Shown here: one piece after another, positions 1-14,521 of the stretch | Layout: each line of letters begins with the position of its first letter | Numbering within the stretch: position 1 is the first letter of the stretch | Assembly: GCA_017499595.2 (NCBI GenBank) | Contig: CM039006.1 | Span: 372,001-436,000, forward strand | Reading direction: 5' to 3' | From: Psilocybe cubensis | Taxonomy: Eukaryota | DNA length: 64,000 nt | Notes under the pieces: generated by a model | What the model was told of the DNA's origin: nothing | Databases searched by the model: none | The model's input: only the letters and a program-made list of their open reading frames with translations | Program-made: the position numbers and the translations under genes

Positions 1-1601
1 GACGGTAAGTAACCAATTATGCTCCATTGGCTTCGGAGCTTCTGGCGAGCTTACCTTGCGTCGTGTAGCTCCTAACATTGCCGACCCCCTATGTGACTGC
101 TCGACCCTTGAGCTCATATCACCTGACCTGTGGATAACGTTAGACGGGTAGGAGGAACAGCTACACAGCTTGACCCGCATTTCTGATGTGTTTCGGTTTT
201 GTAGGTATGAGTTTGCAACGAACGAGTACATCAATGACCTAGCATGCGTCAACCTTGAAACGTCAAGCACTGAAAATGGAAGCAAGGATTTCATTGTCGT
301 CGGCACTACAATCGATCGCGGAGAGGATCTTGCTGCCAAAGGCGCCGTAAGCTCGTCATTACGTCGTACCCCAAGAGGCACCGCAACTAAATTCTCTTCT
401 TTCCCCAGACTTACATTTTCGAGATCGTTGAGGTCGTTGCTGATCCCGCTGTCGCGCCTAAGCGATGGTTTAAGCTTCGCCTCCGATGCCGTGACGATGC
501 GAAAGGTCCGGTCAGTGCTGTGTGTGGCTTTTCCGGATACCTTGTTTCATCCATGGGTCAAAAGGTGCAGGCCAAATCGGCGTTTTTTTTTTCTCTCTCT
601 TTCTATCCGTAATTAACATTATTTAGGTCTTTGTGAGGGCATTTGATTCGGACGAACGCCTCGTGGGTGTAGCGTTTATGGATGTGGGCGTCTACGTGAC
701 CTCGCTTCGGACACTGAAAAATCTCCTCCTCATCGGCGATGCTGTGAAAAGCGTCATGTTCGTGGCCTTCCAGGTACGTTGACTTAATCCCACGTTAGAA
801 CACGCGTCTTCATATATGCGCATTGCCCCACAGGAAGATCCGTACAAACTTACACTTCTAGCTAAAGACACGCACCATATATGCGTGACGAGTGCCGACT
901 TCTTCTTCACCGATGGCGAGCTTTCAATAGTCACCAGCGACGAGGAAGGTATTGTGCGTGTGTATGAGTATAACCCACAAGGTATGTGCGCTTTCGTTTC
1001 GAGCGAAACGCGTGGTGCGTCCCTCTGACACGTACACATCGTTTCAGATATTGAATCCAACGATGGGCGATCTCTCATACTGCGCACTGAGTTCCATGGA
1101 CAAAGCGAATACCGAACTACTGCCATCATTGCTCGTCGAACTAAGGACCAACCAGACATTCCACAATCCAAACTATTGATGGGTGAGGGCTACCCCAAGC
1201 TCATTTTTATCGAGACTGTTGACTAATGAGGGGCTAGGCTCTCCGGACGGCTCATTGACTTCACTCACTTCCGTGGATGAGCACGCCTTTAAACGGCTGC
1301 AACTGCTTCAGGGTCAACTTACCCGTAATATTCAGCATACTGCTGGACTTAATCCCAAAGCTTTCCGGTATGATTTCCCGAGAACTTGTCTGTTTTGTTC
1401 AACTCGCTTATGCTTTTTCATTTCAGTATTGTACGCAATGACTACGTCTCTAAGCCATTGTCAAAGGGCATCCTTGACGGAAACCTTTTGGCCCACTACG
1501 AAACTCTTCCAATTACCAGGCAAAACGAAATGACCAGACAAATTGGAACGGAGAGGCTGACCGTTTTGCGGGATTGGATTTCTTTGTCCGGTCCTTGGTG
1601 A
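1..1601 (+). CDS. CFT1: 3' part of cleavage/polyadenylation specificity factor 160-kDa subunit (Cft1/CPSF1), multi-exon, truncated by window start
   Basis: Spliced exons give YEFATNEYIN..FIVVGTTIDRGEDLAAKG, LLLIGDAVKSVMFVAFQEDPYKLTLLAKD, and C-terminal GLNPKAFR..VRNDYVSKPLSKGILDGNLL..QIGTERL, the CPSF_A C-terminal propeller/helical region. Stop TGA at 1599-1601. Confidence 0.9.
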
Positions 1602-1990
1602 GGCTATGTATTTTAACACTTAACATTTGTATCTCTCAGGCCATTCCTGGTGTAATTCCCATTTAATTCATCTTTAATGCTTTCAGTCTGTACTTAGTGG
1701 GGGGAACAGAGCCATGTTTATATATTACTAATCTCCGGGTATGACCGGCTACCATTCCCCCGAAGCTGTTTTCGCCAACTTGAAGACCTTCAATTATGGC
1801 TTCTCGACCGACGACATTCGGATATAAATTCTCACATATGAGAACTCGATGGAGCCTGGCAGCTGAGTAATCCCGCTGGAGCTAGTTTGGGCTGAAAGCC
1901 GCTCATACTGAACCTCACTGCAACCGCCGCTTACACTGATACACCCATCAACATCACAGTTCAATCATCTTAGGCAGACCTACATTAACA

Positions 1991-2909
1991 ATGACAGAAC
2001 AGATCACTCTGTACACTGCAAAGGTACGTCATTCTTCGAATTTCAGTTATGGCTCTCTTACTGAATTATGATATTAGGTTTGCCCATGGGCTCATCGCGT
2101 GAGTCGTTCAAGGATTTGTATAGGATGCTTTTCGAATTGTAAGGAATCAAATAGGTGGAACTTGCTCTCAGTGAATCCAAGCTTCCATACAAGCGATTTG
2201 AGATTGACCTACAAAACAAGCCTGAGTGGTATGCCCCTAAAGTTAACCCTGCAAGCAAGGTGAGAATTACCCACATGCCTCTATACCAATTTACCGAAAG
2301 CTCTAGGTACCTGCGATCTCCTACGGCGGCCCAGACGTGCCCCCCGAAGATCCATCTCCCGACTCGCAGAAAATTGCAGAATCATACGTTCTTCTTCAAT
2401 TTTTTGCAGATATAAGCGAAGTGCCCCTTTTGCCCAAAGATCCAATATTGCGAGCCAAAGCACGTTTCTTTGTCGAGACAGTCACTCCCAAGGCATTCCG
2501 CGGGTACTATACTGTTGTCGCTCAAGGCGAAGATCCCGAGCTTCTTTTGGACTCCATTGAGACTGTTCAGAGTCTCCTTCCTGCTGAAGGTTACGCCGTT
2601 GGAGAGTGGAGCATTGCGGATGCTGCAATCACGCCTTTCTTTGCCCGAGCAGAAGTCGCCTTTAAGAACGACATTGGGAAATTCGCAAATGGGGCGGGGC
2701 AATCAACATGGGCCAAAGTTGAAAATGACGATAAATACGCCAGGTTCCGAAAGTACTTCAACGATATAAAGAGCAGAGATAGTTTCAAGCAAACCTTTGA
2801 CGCAGTATGTATTCGTTCATGTGATTGTTTTCTTTGTGGGTGCTTACAGAATACATGTTTTTAGGACTATATCAAAGAAACATTTATGAAACGCTTTGCA
2901 AAAGCCTAG
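1991..2909 (+). CDS. Glutathione S-transferase, Cys-type (omega-like), copy 1
   Basis: Exons MTEQITLYTAK / VCPWAHR / VELAL..IDLQNKPEWYAPKVNPASK / VPAI..IAESYVLLQF..LLPKDPILRAKARFF..WSIADAA; CPWA catalytic motif; GT-AG introns. Confidence 0.88.
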
Positions 2910-3453
2910 ATAAGTCTTGTAAGACGACAGGAAAGAAAACCAGAAGATAAACCCTTGCATGAAACCACTGAGTTGTTGCATCGCTAGTCGCTCATAGGTT
3001 TACTTTCTATTGATCTCATTTTGTGACATTTCATGGGAGTTTTGGAAAATTGAATCCTAAACCAAATTCAAGCCCCTAAATGCTAAAGCGTTAACACCCT
3101 TCATAAACCAACAAATGATCCCCAAGAACGCCGTACGTCTTCCGGACTTCAAATCACGTCAAGTCTAGACATCTAGTAAAAGGGCAGGTTATCAATTTCA
3201 TTTCCTAAAGTATTACTTTGCTTTGTCAGAGCACAAATCATGATGACGACATCCAAGATAGCGATGTCGCTTACAACTTCTCATAAACTGACAAAGATAT
3301 CAATAGGTTGCATTCGAACGTCAATTGCGCAATTCAGATTCCGGGCATACAGTATAAAGAGGACCATAAAGTTCGCAGGACACTGTTCCCCTGTTCCCTG
3401 TGACCTCACTCGCAATTCAACGTCTAAACACAATCTTCAAGCATCTGCATACA

Positions 3454-4390
3454 ATGCCAGAAACCATTACTCTCTATACCGCAAAGGTGCATGCTTGTCT
3501 TCACTTCTTCATGAACCTTGATACTCACTCGTACTTCATCAGATTTGCCCGTGGGCTCACCGGGTAATTTGGGATTTTCATGATACCTAAACTGCAATTT
3601 TTGTTCATTGGTTGTCCTCTTTCCAGACCGAGCTTGCTTTGAAGGAGTCAAAGTTGCCATACAAACGCTATGAGATTGATTTAAGCAACAAGCCGGAGTG
3701 GTATGCTCCCAAAATCAATCCAGCGAGCAAAGTAGGACTTTTACGAGTTCCTCGAAGCTGTTGTCCTAACCTCGTTGTCTACAGGTACCAGCGATTGCCT
3801 ACGGCGGGCCGGATGTCGCTCCAGAAAACCCATCGCCCGACTCTCAGAAGATCGCAGAGTCCTATGTTCTGCTGGAACTTTTCGCAGACCTTAGCACTGA
3901 AGTTCCCTTGCTGCCAAAGGACCCCATACTGCGAGCAAAAGCCCGATTCTTTGTTGAAACAGTGACGCCCAAGTTCTCTGGCGCATACTATGCTGCTCTC
4001 ACCCGCGGAGAAGATCCTGACCAAATCCTCGGAGCCATCGAGGTTATCCAAAACCTCCTTCCCCCTGAGGGCTTTGCTGTGGGTGAATGGAGTATTGCAG
4101 ATGCTGCCGTGCTCCCTTTCTTTGCTCGAGCAGAAGTGACCATCGGAAACGACATCGGAAAATTTGAGGAAGGGAAAGGAAAGGCTACGTGGGCCAAGAT
4201 TGAAAACGATGAAAAGTATGCTCGGTTCAAGAAGTACTTCAACGACCTTAAAAGCAGGGATAGCTTCAAAGAGACCTTCCATCCCGTGAGTCACTCAAAT
4301 TCGACCACTTTCCTATAATTTCACTTACCGGGAGCACATTTCCAGGAATATGTCAAGGAAACATTCGCTAAGCGCTTTGCACGGGCTTGA
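3454..4390 (+). CDS. Glutathione S-transferase, Cys-type (omega-like), copy 2 (tandem paralogue)
   Basis: Exons MPETITLYTAK / ICPWAHR / TELAL..NKPEWYAPKINPASK / ..LLPKDPILRAKARFFVETV..; same exon layout as copy 1. Confidence 0.88.
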
Positions 4391-4845
4391 AGCAATTTAC
4401 TTAATAACTTCAAATTATGCTTTCACCTTTCAGCTGTATTTCAAGTCGCTGTATGCAATTGTACTATGATCACCAACCAAAATTTACTTTTTCATTTCCT
4501 GAGATCATTTGCGAAGTTTCATGATCACTGGATTGAACAATCTTAACAATGTGTGGGGAGTCATGGACTCTCCAATTTCCAATCAGTTTAACCCCTATTA
4601 CTTGAGGCTATAATGACCGTGGCTGAATCCTGAATTTATTATTTTTCCCAGGCTTGTCGTTCTTCTTTACTGTTACAAACGCTAACGGCCGCTTGCATCG
4701 CCTCCGCTCATGTTTCTTGTAGATCACTGCCTTCCAGAGTCGCGTTCATGCACTCTTGACACACCTCTACGGAAATCCCTGGCTGATGAATTTCCCAAGC
4801 TAACAGCCTAACTTGAAAGCAACTGGAGAGGTTCTTACCCTTTCT

Positions 4846-7452
4846 ATGGCCTCAATCCTTCAAAACTCGAGCAACATTGTCATAACTGGAGGGAACATCA
4901 CAAGTAGCACAAATACCTATGAAGGGTTTCGCGATGGTAGGCTTGCGTTTTGTACTTTTGAAAGTTATAGTTTACATACCATGGGGCCGAATGTTTGAAG
5001 GTCTTGACCAGCTCCGTCAACATACCGCTCTTGGGGCATTGCTGGATTCGACAGAACGTTTTGATCCTCCGAAATGCGCACCTGACACTCGAGTCGCCAT
5101 CATCAACGAGATACTGGAGTGGATGTCTAACGCTGACGAAGAATCATCTGTGATGTGGTTATATGGCCCAGCAGGGGCGGGGAAATCGGCTCTTTCTCAG
5201 ACACTGGCCGAAATGAATCAAGACCAAAAACGTCTTCTGGCTAGTTTTTTCTTCTCTCGTACGGCAGCCAATCGAAGTGATGGTCGACTATTAATTTCTA
5301 CGCTCTCATATCAACTCATGTTGTCGCTGCCAGCAACACGACGGTTCATCAAGGACGCCATAGAGGCTGACCCGGTCATATTCGACAGGTCCATCGAAAC
5401 CCAAATGGAAAAACTGTTCATCGGGCCTATCAACAAATCCGCTCTATCGTGGTCCTATCTTCTCTCTGAATGGGTTAGGAAACACTTTGGATGTTTTGCT
5501 GTTCATCATCCTCGCGTTGTCATAGTAGACGGCCTTGACGAATGCCAGAACCCCCGGGTCCAAGCTGATCTTCTCAGGATTATTGGCGAGTCGACAGAAT
5601 ATCTAAAGCTACCCATAAAGTTTTTAATATCCAGCCGCCCCGAGTCCCATATAGTCCGCGTTTTCAACCACGATTCTATCTTCCAGAAGCTCTCAATTGC
5701 TACTATCAACCTTGCTATGGATAATACTGCACACCATGACATTAAGACTTTCCTACAGAACGAATTCTCTGAAATAAAACGGACCCATCCTCTGAATTCC
5801 TATCTCCATTCATCCTGGCCATCTCCTGATGCCATCCGTCAACTTGTTCGCAAAGCTTCTGGCCAGTTCATCTACGCGTCAACTGTGATAAAGTATATCC
5901 AGTCTCCCAAACACAGGCCAGATGACCGTCTCAATGTCATCCTTGGGTTGTCTGTCGCCCCAACCAACGAATCACCTTTTTCTGAGTTAGACGCATTATA
6001 TACCCACATTTTCTCGTCGGTCGAGAATATTGGGACAGTAATGATGATATTTGGTGTTCTGATCATAACCAGAAACAAAGGAGATGGACTCGGAAATTAT
6101 ACTAATCCAGAAATGTTGGAAAAACTTCTCTTCCTCAGGCCCGGAGACGTTGTACTTCTTCTGGGCGATCTGTTGTCCCTCGTGTCACTAGGTGGACGGA
6201 ATTCACCTATCAAAATCATGCACGCCTCTCTCGCAGACTACCTCCTCAACCCCATCCGATCCCGCAGATTCTGTATAGATCTGGGAATTACACATTCATT
6301 CCTTGCAAGGGGTTACTTGCACAGGGTATCTAAAATTACATGTATGCTATCCTTTTATTATGATCGTATATGTCATCTATTCTAATCTTCTATCATTTAA
6401 AACAGCTACACTTAATTTTAATCCGTCGGATTTGTTGGCTTCCGTCACCCCATTTGTATCTCATTGCTCTAGAGCAGTTCTTACACAAGAGCTCTACGAC
6501 ACTTTACTGAAATTCGATTTTGTCGCTATATTTAAAACACTGTTGACTCGACACAGATCCTGGCTTATTCTTAATCCTTATTATCTCTGGTTTTTTATTG
6601 CATCTATCATTCAGATTTTGGCCAGTGAGGTAGGCTGTTTTATCATCGAAGTCGAAGGCTATTCTAAATTTTTGTCATAGGCGCTCAGAGGTTCTAAGCC
6701 GATACGTGTTCTTTATACAGAACAATTTGATCACCTCAACGATTACTTGGTTCTGCAACTGAAGAGTACCGTCCCTGAGACATACCTTGCGGACGTCATA
6801 TCCAGCATCACCATGAATGACTTCAGGAGAAACGTTAGTTATCACTGTAATTTTTAGTCGCTGGATATATTCTGATCAACAATGTCTAGTTGATACCATT
6901 AATCAAATCGTCGAAGCCAAGTCAATATCTCACTCTACTCTGCCAACTATTTTACTGGGACTACAACACTTCTTTTACTTCCAAGATTACTTTAAGATAC
7001 ACCCTTGCCGTCAAACAGTGCCTGAGATATGTCGAAGGAGATACATCTGAAGAGATGGAGAACAGCCACTTAAAACGCCTCTATCGTCAGTTCCCCGGAG
7101 CGTCCCCAGATAAAAATCATCTCGAGGAGGCCCATTTAGATTGTGCAATTGCACTGCTACCACATGCAGCATACGATTATGAATTTGTCGAGTACGCGGC
7201 CTCGTACAGGTTTTCTGACTACGTCTTGACCTGCTATCATGACAAAGTCGAAATTCTGAAGGAAGTGATGGCAAATTATTTCATGGTGTGTGATCAATTT
7301 TAACGTAGATCAGTCTAAAGGTGGCAGCTAATTATCGCTTGCTCCGAATACTCCAGACTTTTCAACGCCAAATGCACATCAAAATGTTTGTGATGGCGAA
7401 GAGAAGATGGCCTATTACTGCAGGGGCTGATCGCTACATGTATCAAGTATAG
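4846..7452 (+). CDS. NACHT-domain NTPase (fungal NLR-like STAND protein), multi-exon; 3' end inferred
   Basis: ERFDPPKCAPDTRVAI, Walker A WLYGPAGAGKS, LASFFF, Walker B VVIVDGLDEC, ISSRPE, ASGQFIYASTV, HASLADYL in ORF 4919-6385. Downstream exons joined by GT-AG introns. Confidence 0.85.
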
Positions 7453-10004
7453 CTCAACATGCAACTAATCTTCAATCTATAAATGCTCAAAATCAGAGTA
7501 CGTTCAACAGCGGAGTGGACCCCTTGTCCTATTTATGATTATCCAAATGTCGACTCTGATCCATCTCTGGCTTTCTTCCCTCCGAGCGGATAGGAAACGT
7601 GGCATCCCGTTTTCTTCTCGTTGGTGGATCATCCGTTCTATACTTGTCCCCATCAGGTAATCGAAATAGTCTTCGGACATTGCCAATCTTATGTCCAAGC
7701 GAAGAATCCCACTTTGCACTCCTTCGTTTTATCAGCCGCGACCATTTCGTCATAGAAGAACTGAGCAAGATCGACAAAGCAGGACTTCTATGGCTCATGG
7801 GATGTTTCTCTGGCATCTATCTGTCATTAATTCATTATCGTGACTCTTCTTACATCTAGGCCATGTCAAGAGGATATTAAGAAGTAAGCCAAGTCAAGGT
7901 TCTGCAGAGACGGTACTTCTAGGCTATTTTTAGATCGAGCCTTTGTCGCGACCGCACGGTTGATGACCAGTTCAGAGTTCTGAAGGTTTGTGCCCTTGAA
8001 AACGGAATATTACGTTCAGAAGCCTAGAAACTGGTCATCGTGCTTTACCCTGCTTAATGCAGCACATGTTTCCAGCTAATTTCCACGACATTGCTTGGTT
8101 TATGCGTCCCAATCGAAACTACATACCTGTACCCGCCTTCCTTAGTTACTTGAGTGAATTCTCTTTCTACATGAGGGAGAACACGAGTACTTATGTCCAT
8201 GTGCCAAAGAGCACAGCAGCGCCCTGTTTGCCTCTTGATAACATCCTACGCGAGACGTCATGATTGTCATGAACAACTCCAAAACAGGAATGGGTGTTTG
8301 TCGAAATTATGAGGAAACCGTCTTATGGTCGTTTCTATCATGTACACATGGATATATGTTATGGTCAGGACATGGACTCATCTTCTGGCTGCTGTTCTAG
8401 TGAGCAAGCGTCGATGTTGGACAGCGTTTACGAAAATCAGATGACATTGAATTTGAAGTGAGCTCTCGTACATTTCGTAATAGATTACAGATGCAATTGA
8501 ATAACTGCCCTTCAGATTAAATAAAGGGGTTCGGTGTTCCTTGAAAAATACGGACACTGATTACACACTCAAGTGCACTGTAAATGACCTCAAAGGCAGT
8601 AAATGGGATGGTTTTCGGCGATTGTCACATAAATCACTCGCCCCGCCGAGAGCCCCAAAGCCGGACCAGTCGGGTTCACTCGAGGTCGAGCCAAGTTGAT
8701 ACCTGTAGCGCTCACTGTAGAGTCTCGGTTGTGATTCCAACAGGGCATTCTCAATTACTAGAAATATTGGTATGGAAGCACCGGTGGTTCTTAGGAATAA
8801 AAAATCGTTCAGTGCCTCAAACAAAGAAAATTCAGAAAGCCGAAAGTGCTTACCTCGGAAATGGTCTGCATCACATTCGGAAATAATAGGACCCATGGAA
8901 CGACACACATTGTCAAAATACAAGTCATTTAGAGTAGTATTGTATAGATTTCTTGCAGGTGATTGGGTTGCTAGCATGTATACAGGCTGACGACACATGA
9001 GGCATTGCGCCGCCTAGACTGAATGTTAGGCAGATACGTCGTAATGTTGGTGGTACGGGAGGCGTAGTTGGGATGGCGGCGTCAAAGGGACTCAGCCCAA
9101 CGTAAGACTTGCCCAAGAAGGCAACTAACATTCCTCGAAGTCACAGTCAGAACCCAGGCGCGCCCTCTAACCTGCTCCGCGGACATTGTTAGCCCTACTC
9201 GCCTAACATAGCGGAGTACTCTAAGCGGAGCCTCCATCCTCAAAGTATCCACGCTCCGGGTAAGACTAAAAAGAGGTACGCTCTGCAATAGTCGTATTCA
9301 TGTGCCAGACTTTTTTACTTGAATTGAGATGGCCTGGATTTCAAGTGGATACGAGAAAACTAATAGATGGAACAAGAGGAAAAAATCTGGTCAAAAAGCC
9401 ATGAAAGGGAGGGGCAACTGACAAATTATTCGTAATGTCGCCACTGAATAGCTTGATCGTCGAATGATTGTTGTAGTCCAAATTGATTATGCTGTCAGCT
9501 TCTGCCGTTGGCCACGGAAAGAGTGCAAGTACTTCCATTGATATTCGACCACATCAAGATTAGCGAGGGTTGGAGTCAAATGTAACCGAAGTCCTCCAGA
9601 GAATGTTCGTACGAAAATTTACTGCCAGAGCTATTTGTGCCAGTATATTACCTAGACATTACCCTTCTCGGAGATATTTTGATACAAATGATGATCACTT
9701 TCAGCCCATATATAGAGCTTGTTGGGCCAAATCAGATCATATTTTTTCGATCCCAAAAGTTGACTCGAAAACATAATCTTTCGTCCTAACGAAGCTCTAA
9801 CTCTATTTTCGACTTGTCCTTGATTCCGTGACAGAGGGACCCGATGGATTGTCCGTTCCAACCTTGGCACGTCGTGGAGATAATAATGTCTCTATCCCCA
9901 TCTTGAACGGGAGATCGTTGTTTAAATACGACCCCGAGAGTGCAGAATGCCTCTTAGGCCACTCGAGGATTTCCTTTCAGTATCTTCCTAGTCGCTTCCT
10001 CGTC

Positions 10005-12078
10005 ATGTCGGACATCTTCAGAGACTCAACCGTTGGGGCTCTCATCAACTACGCCACCAATGGACGGCTGTTCCCATTCCCTGACCAGCGTCCAGAGTGG
10101 CAACTTCCAGCCAATCTTCGACCCAAATCGCACAGTCGTGACTCTGACGTGAAAAACAGGGACAAAGTTGCTGTCGAATCTGCTGGTTCGAATACTCCGA
10201 CCTCGAGAAATTCTGGGGAGCTTGAGAAGGGGCCTGCTCCAACCGAACCTGTTTCCGACAAGCCTGTTGTTGGATGGTACGATGAAAATGACCAGGAAAA
10301 TCCAATGTACGTTTTCGCTTGTCTAATAGACGGACTCGAATTAACAACAAATGTAGGAACTGGTCATTGTTCAAGCGTTGCGCTGTTGTCGCCATGACTT
10401 GTCTTTTGACTACCAGTATATATCTGGGTTCCGCCATCTAGTGAGCATTCTTTTTCTGTCTTTGCTATACCGGCGCTTATGAATTATCAGCACCGCATCC
10501 ATCCCCGACATCATGGAGGTTTTCAACTGCAGTCAGACAACCGCAACGGCTGGATTGTCATTATACGTCATTGCCTACGGTATTGGGCCCATGTTCCTTA
10601 GTCCCATTTCCGAGATTCCTTCCGTCGGCAGAAGGGAAATTTACATCGTCACCCTGATCATCTACACCGCTCTCCAAGTCCCCACACTCTACGCCAACAA
10701 CATTCACACTTTGCTCGCCATGCGTTTCTTCGCTGGATTCTTCGGCTCCCCCGCACTTGCCAGTGGAGGTGCTACTATCCAGGACATGTATGTGATTTGA
10801 TTCCTGGATATACTTTCTCTTTTAACTTCGATTCAGGTTCCACTTCATCAAACTTCCCAATGCCATGATACTTTGGAGTGTTACTGCGCTTTGCGGACGT
10901 GAGTTTATTCTTCACTGTCTGGATTTAACACCCATACTGATACTTCCAAAGCTCTTGTTGGACCGATCATGGGTGGATACGCTGCTGCTGTAAAGGGATG
11001 GAAGTGGCCACTTTACGAGCTTCTGTGGCTAGTTGGCTTCACTCTCATTCTCCTTATCTTCTGGTACCCTGAGACCAATGCCGAGACCATTCTCCTTCGC
11101 CGTGCCAGGCGCATCAGGGCACGAACTGGAAACCAGGAACTCTACAGCGAGGGTGAAGTCAGGCAGTCCCACCTGAAGAGCTCCCAAGTCCTGTACGAGT
11201 CTCTTCTCAGGCCATTCCAGCTCATGACCGAGCCTGTCGTTCTGTACCTGAACCTCTATATCTCACTCGGATACGCTATCTTCTACTGTGAGTTTTTACT
11301 GCCATTGATATGCGCTACTGTCACTAACAAGGTTACTTAGTGTGGTTCGAGGCCTTCCCGGTTGTCTACATTGACATATACCACTTCAGCCTTGGTGCAT
11401 CTGCTCTTCCTTTCCTCGGGCTTCTCGTCACGGCTATCCTCACTGGTATTTGCTATTTGATCTACAACAAGAAGGTCATCGAAGCTACTTTCCTTCGCAC
11501 TGGTGCAATTATCCCTGAGTCCCGTCTCACAATTGCTCTCTTTGCGGCGCCTTTCGGTCCCGTCGCGCTGTTCATCTTCGGTATGTGTTCACCGACTATG
11601 CAAGGCCTGTCCGTATACTAAACAACTGATATAGGATGGACTGCTCGTGAAAGTATTCACTGGATGGCTCCTACAATCGGTGCCGCCCTCTTCTTGCCTG
11701 GGTATGTGTAAATGCCCGTCGTTCACTGAATAAAACACTGACATAAATTCCAGTCTTCTTCTCATTTTCCAGGGTGCTGTCGTGTACCTCCCTATGTCAT
11801 ATCCTCGATATGCGGCGTCTATCCTGGCAGGCAATGGCTTGTTCAGGGCTGTCCTTGGTGGAGCGTTCCCGTGAGTATTTCTATACAACCTATCGTTCTC
11901 TTTGCATTCTAAATCTTTTATTCTCAGCCTCTTTGGACGGGAACTTTACACCTCACTCGGTGTTGGCGGCGGTTGCTCGCTTCTCGCAGGCATCACCATC
12001 GCATTCTGGCCTGGTCTGTGGTACCTATGGAGGTACGGCGCTGAGATCAGAGCCAAATCGAAATACGCCAACTTCTAG
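10005..12078 (+). CDS. MFS multidrug transporter, DHA1 family (Caf5/Flr1-like), multi-exon
   Basis: MSDIFRDSTVG N-terminus, VGWYDENDQENP-NWS, GIGPMFLSPISEIPSVGRR, RFFAGFFGSPALASGGATI, YPETNAETILLRRA, PESRL. Confidence 0.9.
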
Positions 12079-12697
12079 TTTCGCCATCCCTATACATATA
12101 TATATACCTTGCCCTTGCCGTTTTTACCTCACGCTGTTTTTTCACGATACTATAGAGAGGATCTTCAATGTTCTACATCCATATTAATTAGTACTTTCTC
12201 ATTGTACGAACGATTCACGAAAATATCACTGCATTTTGGATTCGATTCATTCACGCATTGTGCCTTTCATTGAGACCTGCTATGTGCACTCATACCCTGC
12301 CAGGCGTAATGCTTTTGTGTGTTAAACGTTGTGAGCCACAGAGACCGTTTGAGACCTCTAATTGAATTAACTCTGTGTGTCAATTAAAATACGACTCTTT
12401 GTCCAAGCAGCTTATAATCACTACATGATTGTTGTTCTGATTTTTCCGGAGGAGATTGGAAGAGGCCGGTTGGGACATTTGACTCTTAACGTCGATTGCA
12501 AGAACATAGTTTTGCCCAAAAATTACAAAGCCGTCAGGTTGTAGAATAGTAATCATCTGTGCGCGCCCGCACCTCCCTACTGTTTTAAATACAGGGTTAT
12601 CCTCATAAAGGTACTATCTGTATGTAGTAGCGGCTGTGCCAATAAAACTGCATCAAGTAGTCCATCTAAGGATTGTGTTTTCGAATAAGGGGATTTA

Positions 12698-12845
12698 AAA
12701 CACCATTCTTCACCGTCCTAAATGCACAATCCGACTTATAATCTCTTGGCATGGAGTAAGGGGTATTCACAAGACTGTTCTAACTAAACGTAGATTATGT
12801 TTATGTGCAGAATACAGTGCAGTTAGGACGGTGAAGATGGTGTTT
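12698..12845. repeat. Imperfect ~30-bp inverted repeat around ~90-bp spacer (small fold-back/MITE-like remnant)
   Basis: aaacaccattcttcaccgtcctaaatgcac (12698-12727) versus gtgcagttaggacggtgaagatggtgttt (12817-12845). Confidence 0.6.
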
Positions 12846-14521
12846 CTAAGTCACTTTAAACTCAGATGACCAAGCCATTACTCGACTCCGCGATCAGTAA
12901 GGGCGACGGGACCGGAGTAGCTGGTTCTGTGCTACATGCAACGATGCGAGAGGATCAATGGAAAATCGTCTCCAATATCTTTATTCCTGAAGATCTTGAT
13001 TTTTGCAAGTGATTGCTTGCAACGAAGCCCGGTTAATAAATTCATAGCATAAGTAACCCTCAATCTTCAGTTGAAACATCTCTTCCATTTGCAACATTCC
13101 GGCGATGATCATGGCACATCGTTCTTAAGATCTTAAAGATCTTGAGAAAGGAGGCAATTTTGTAGACCTTTTTGCTAGAATTTTGAAAATTTTTTGGACT
13201 GTCACCGTCGTTTTGATCTTGTGGACTGTTAGGCGCCGGCCAGACTTTATTTATAGATTTTTTGAAGAACCCGCCAAATGCACAACCACAAAGAGAACTC
13301 TAGAAGCATGAAGTAACTTTATTTCAAAAGTAAAAGAGAAAGCGATGACGGACATTATGTATTTTACTCAATATGTACAGATATTATTCAAATAAATCGG
13401 TCCATTTCCCATAGGTCGAACACCGAATGCTGTAAAACTTACACTCAACTTGTAGGTCTTTTCCAACTATACATACTTCCATTCAGACCATACAGTCATG
13501 GGTTCCTGTCTATGATACCACAGAATGATATCAAGCGTTGTATACAACTACAGAGATGGATTAATTTCATATGTCAGGTTTATTCAAGGGGCAAGGGGAA
13601 ACGAGAGACTTTTTAAGTTAGTTTCAATCACACCTCCATTTTGTACTTTAAAAAACGTAAAATTGACACAAACTTAGAGCTCTCGCAACCTAAATAAATG
13701 TTGTGTAGAAATATTTCTAGTATACACTCCCTGCGTAAACTCAAGTTAAAAGGCACCTCGGGCAAACCACTGTTCAAATCACCCGAAGTACTGTAAAAAT
13801 AGCCTGATACATTGCGCACTTTGCCAATAGTATTATTAAGCGAGGATAGAAAATTACCCCTCCTTTTCTGTGCCATCCAATCGAAGAAAAAAACAACCGA
13901 ATTGTCACTGTCACCTACAGCTGATCCTCTAGATAGACATTGAAACCCCGATACTTGGTACATAGTAGACACCCTAGTGTAGAAAGGTGAGGAAGGCTCA
14001 CCCGTGCGTCTTAGCACATCGATTGCTTGGTGCACGATAATAAATAGATTACAAAAAAAAAGAATTGTCGCTGTGCCACGCGTCAGTTTTGCCCTTCCCA
14101 CGGTTCATTTAATAACGCGATCATGTGATCCGCACCCCTAAAATGTCAATGTAACCCATCATGTATTCATGACGCGGACGCGTCGATAGTTTATCATTAT
14201 GCATCGATCTTCAAAGGAGAACTACCGCGGTGACAGCTTCCAGGCATCTCTAATAAGCCCCAGTTTCTCTTAACTTATGCTGCTGGTGTTTAAGAGTGAA
14301 ACTCTGATTACTTGTTTTTCGCTACCATCGGACTTAAAGCTTAACCTCTGATCACTCACTGGTGGTCAACGACCAAAAGAAAAGAAACATGGTACATTGA
14401 ATGGTGAAACCGACTATACAAAATAATAACTAGTGATGATAATATGCTTGCTAGGTAAAAATTGAATCCCATCATCCTTCGAGAGGCCCGTCTATTCTAA
14501 AGGCCCAATTATAGGTCCTAG

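Noticed and set aside
1..1601. Functional link between host Cft1 and the Rna15 paralogue 40 kb away (both 3'-end processing)
   Set aside because: Cft1 looks like a normal resident gene; proximity across a gap is most simply coincidence.
7500..9550. Short minus-strand ORFs, possible degraded gene
   Set aside because: No recognisable domain or consistent exon chain.
13628..14101. 157-aa minus-strand ORF
   Set aside because: GTG start, no motifs, AT-rich intergenic context; likely spurious or a TE relic.
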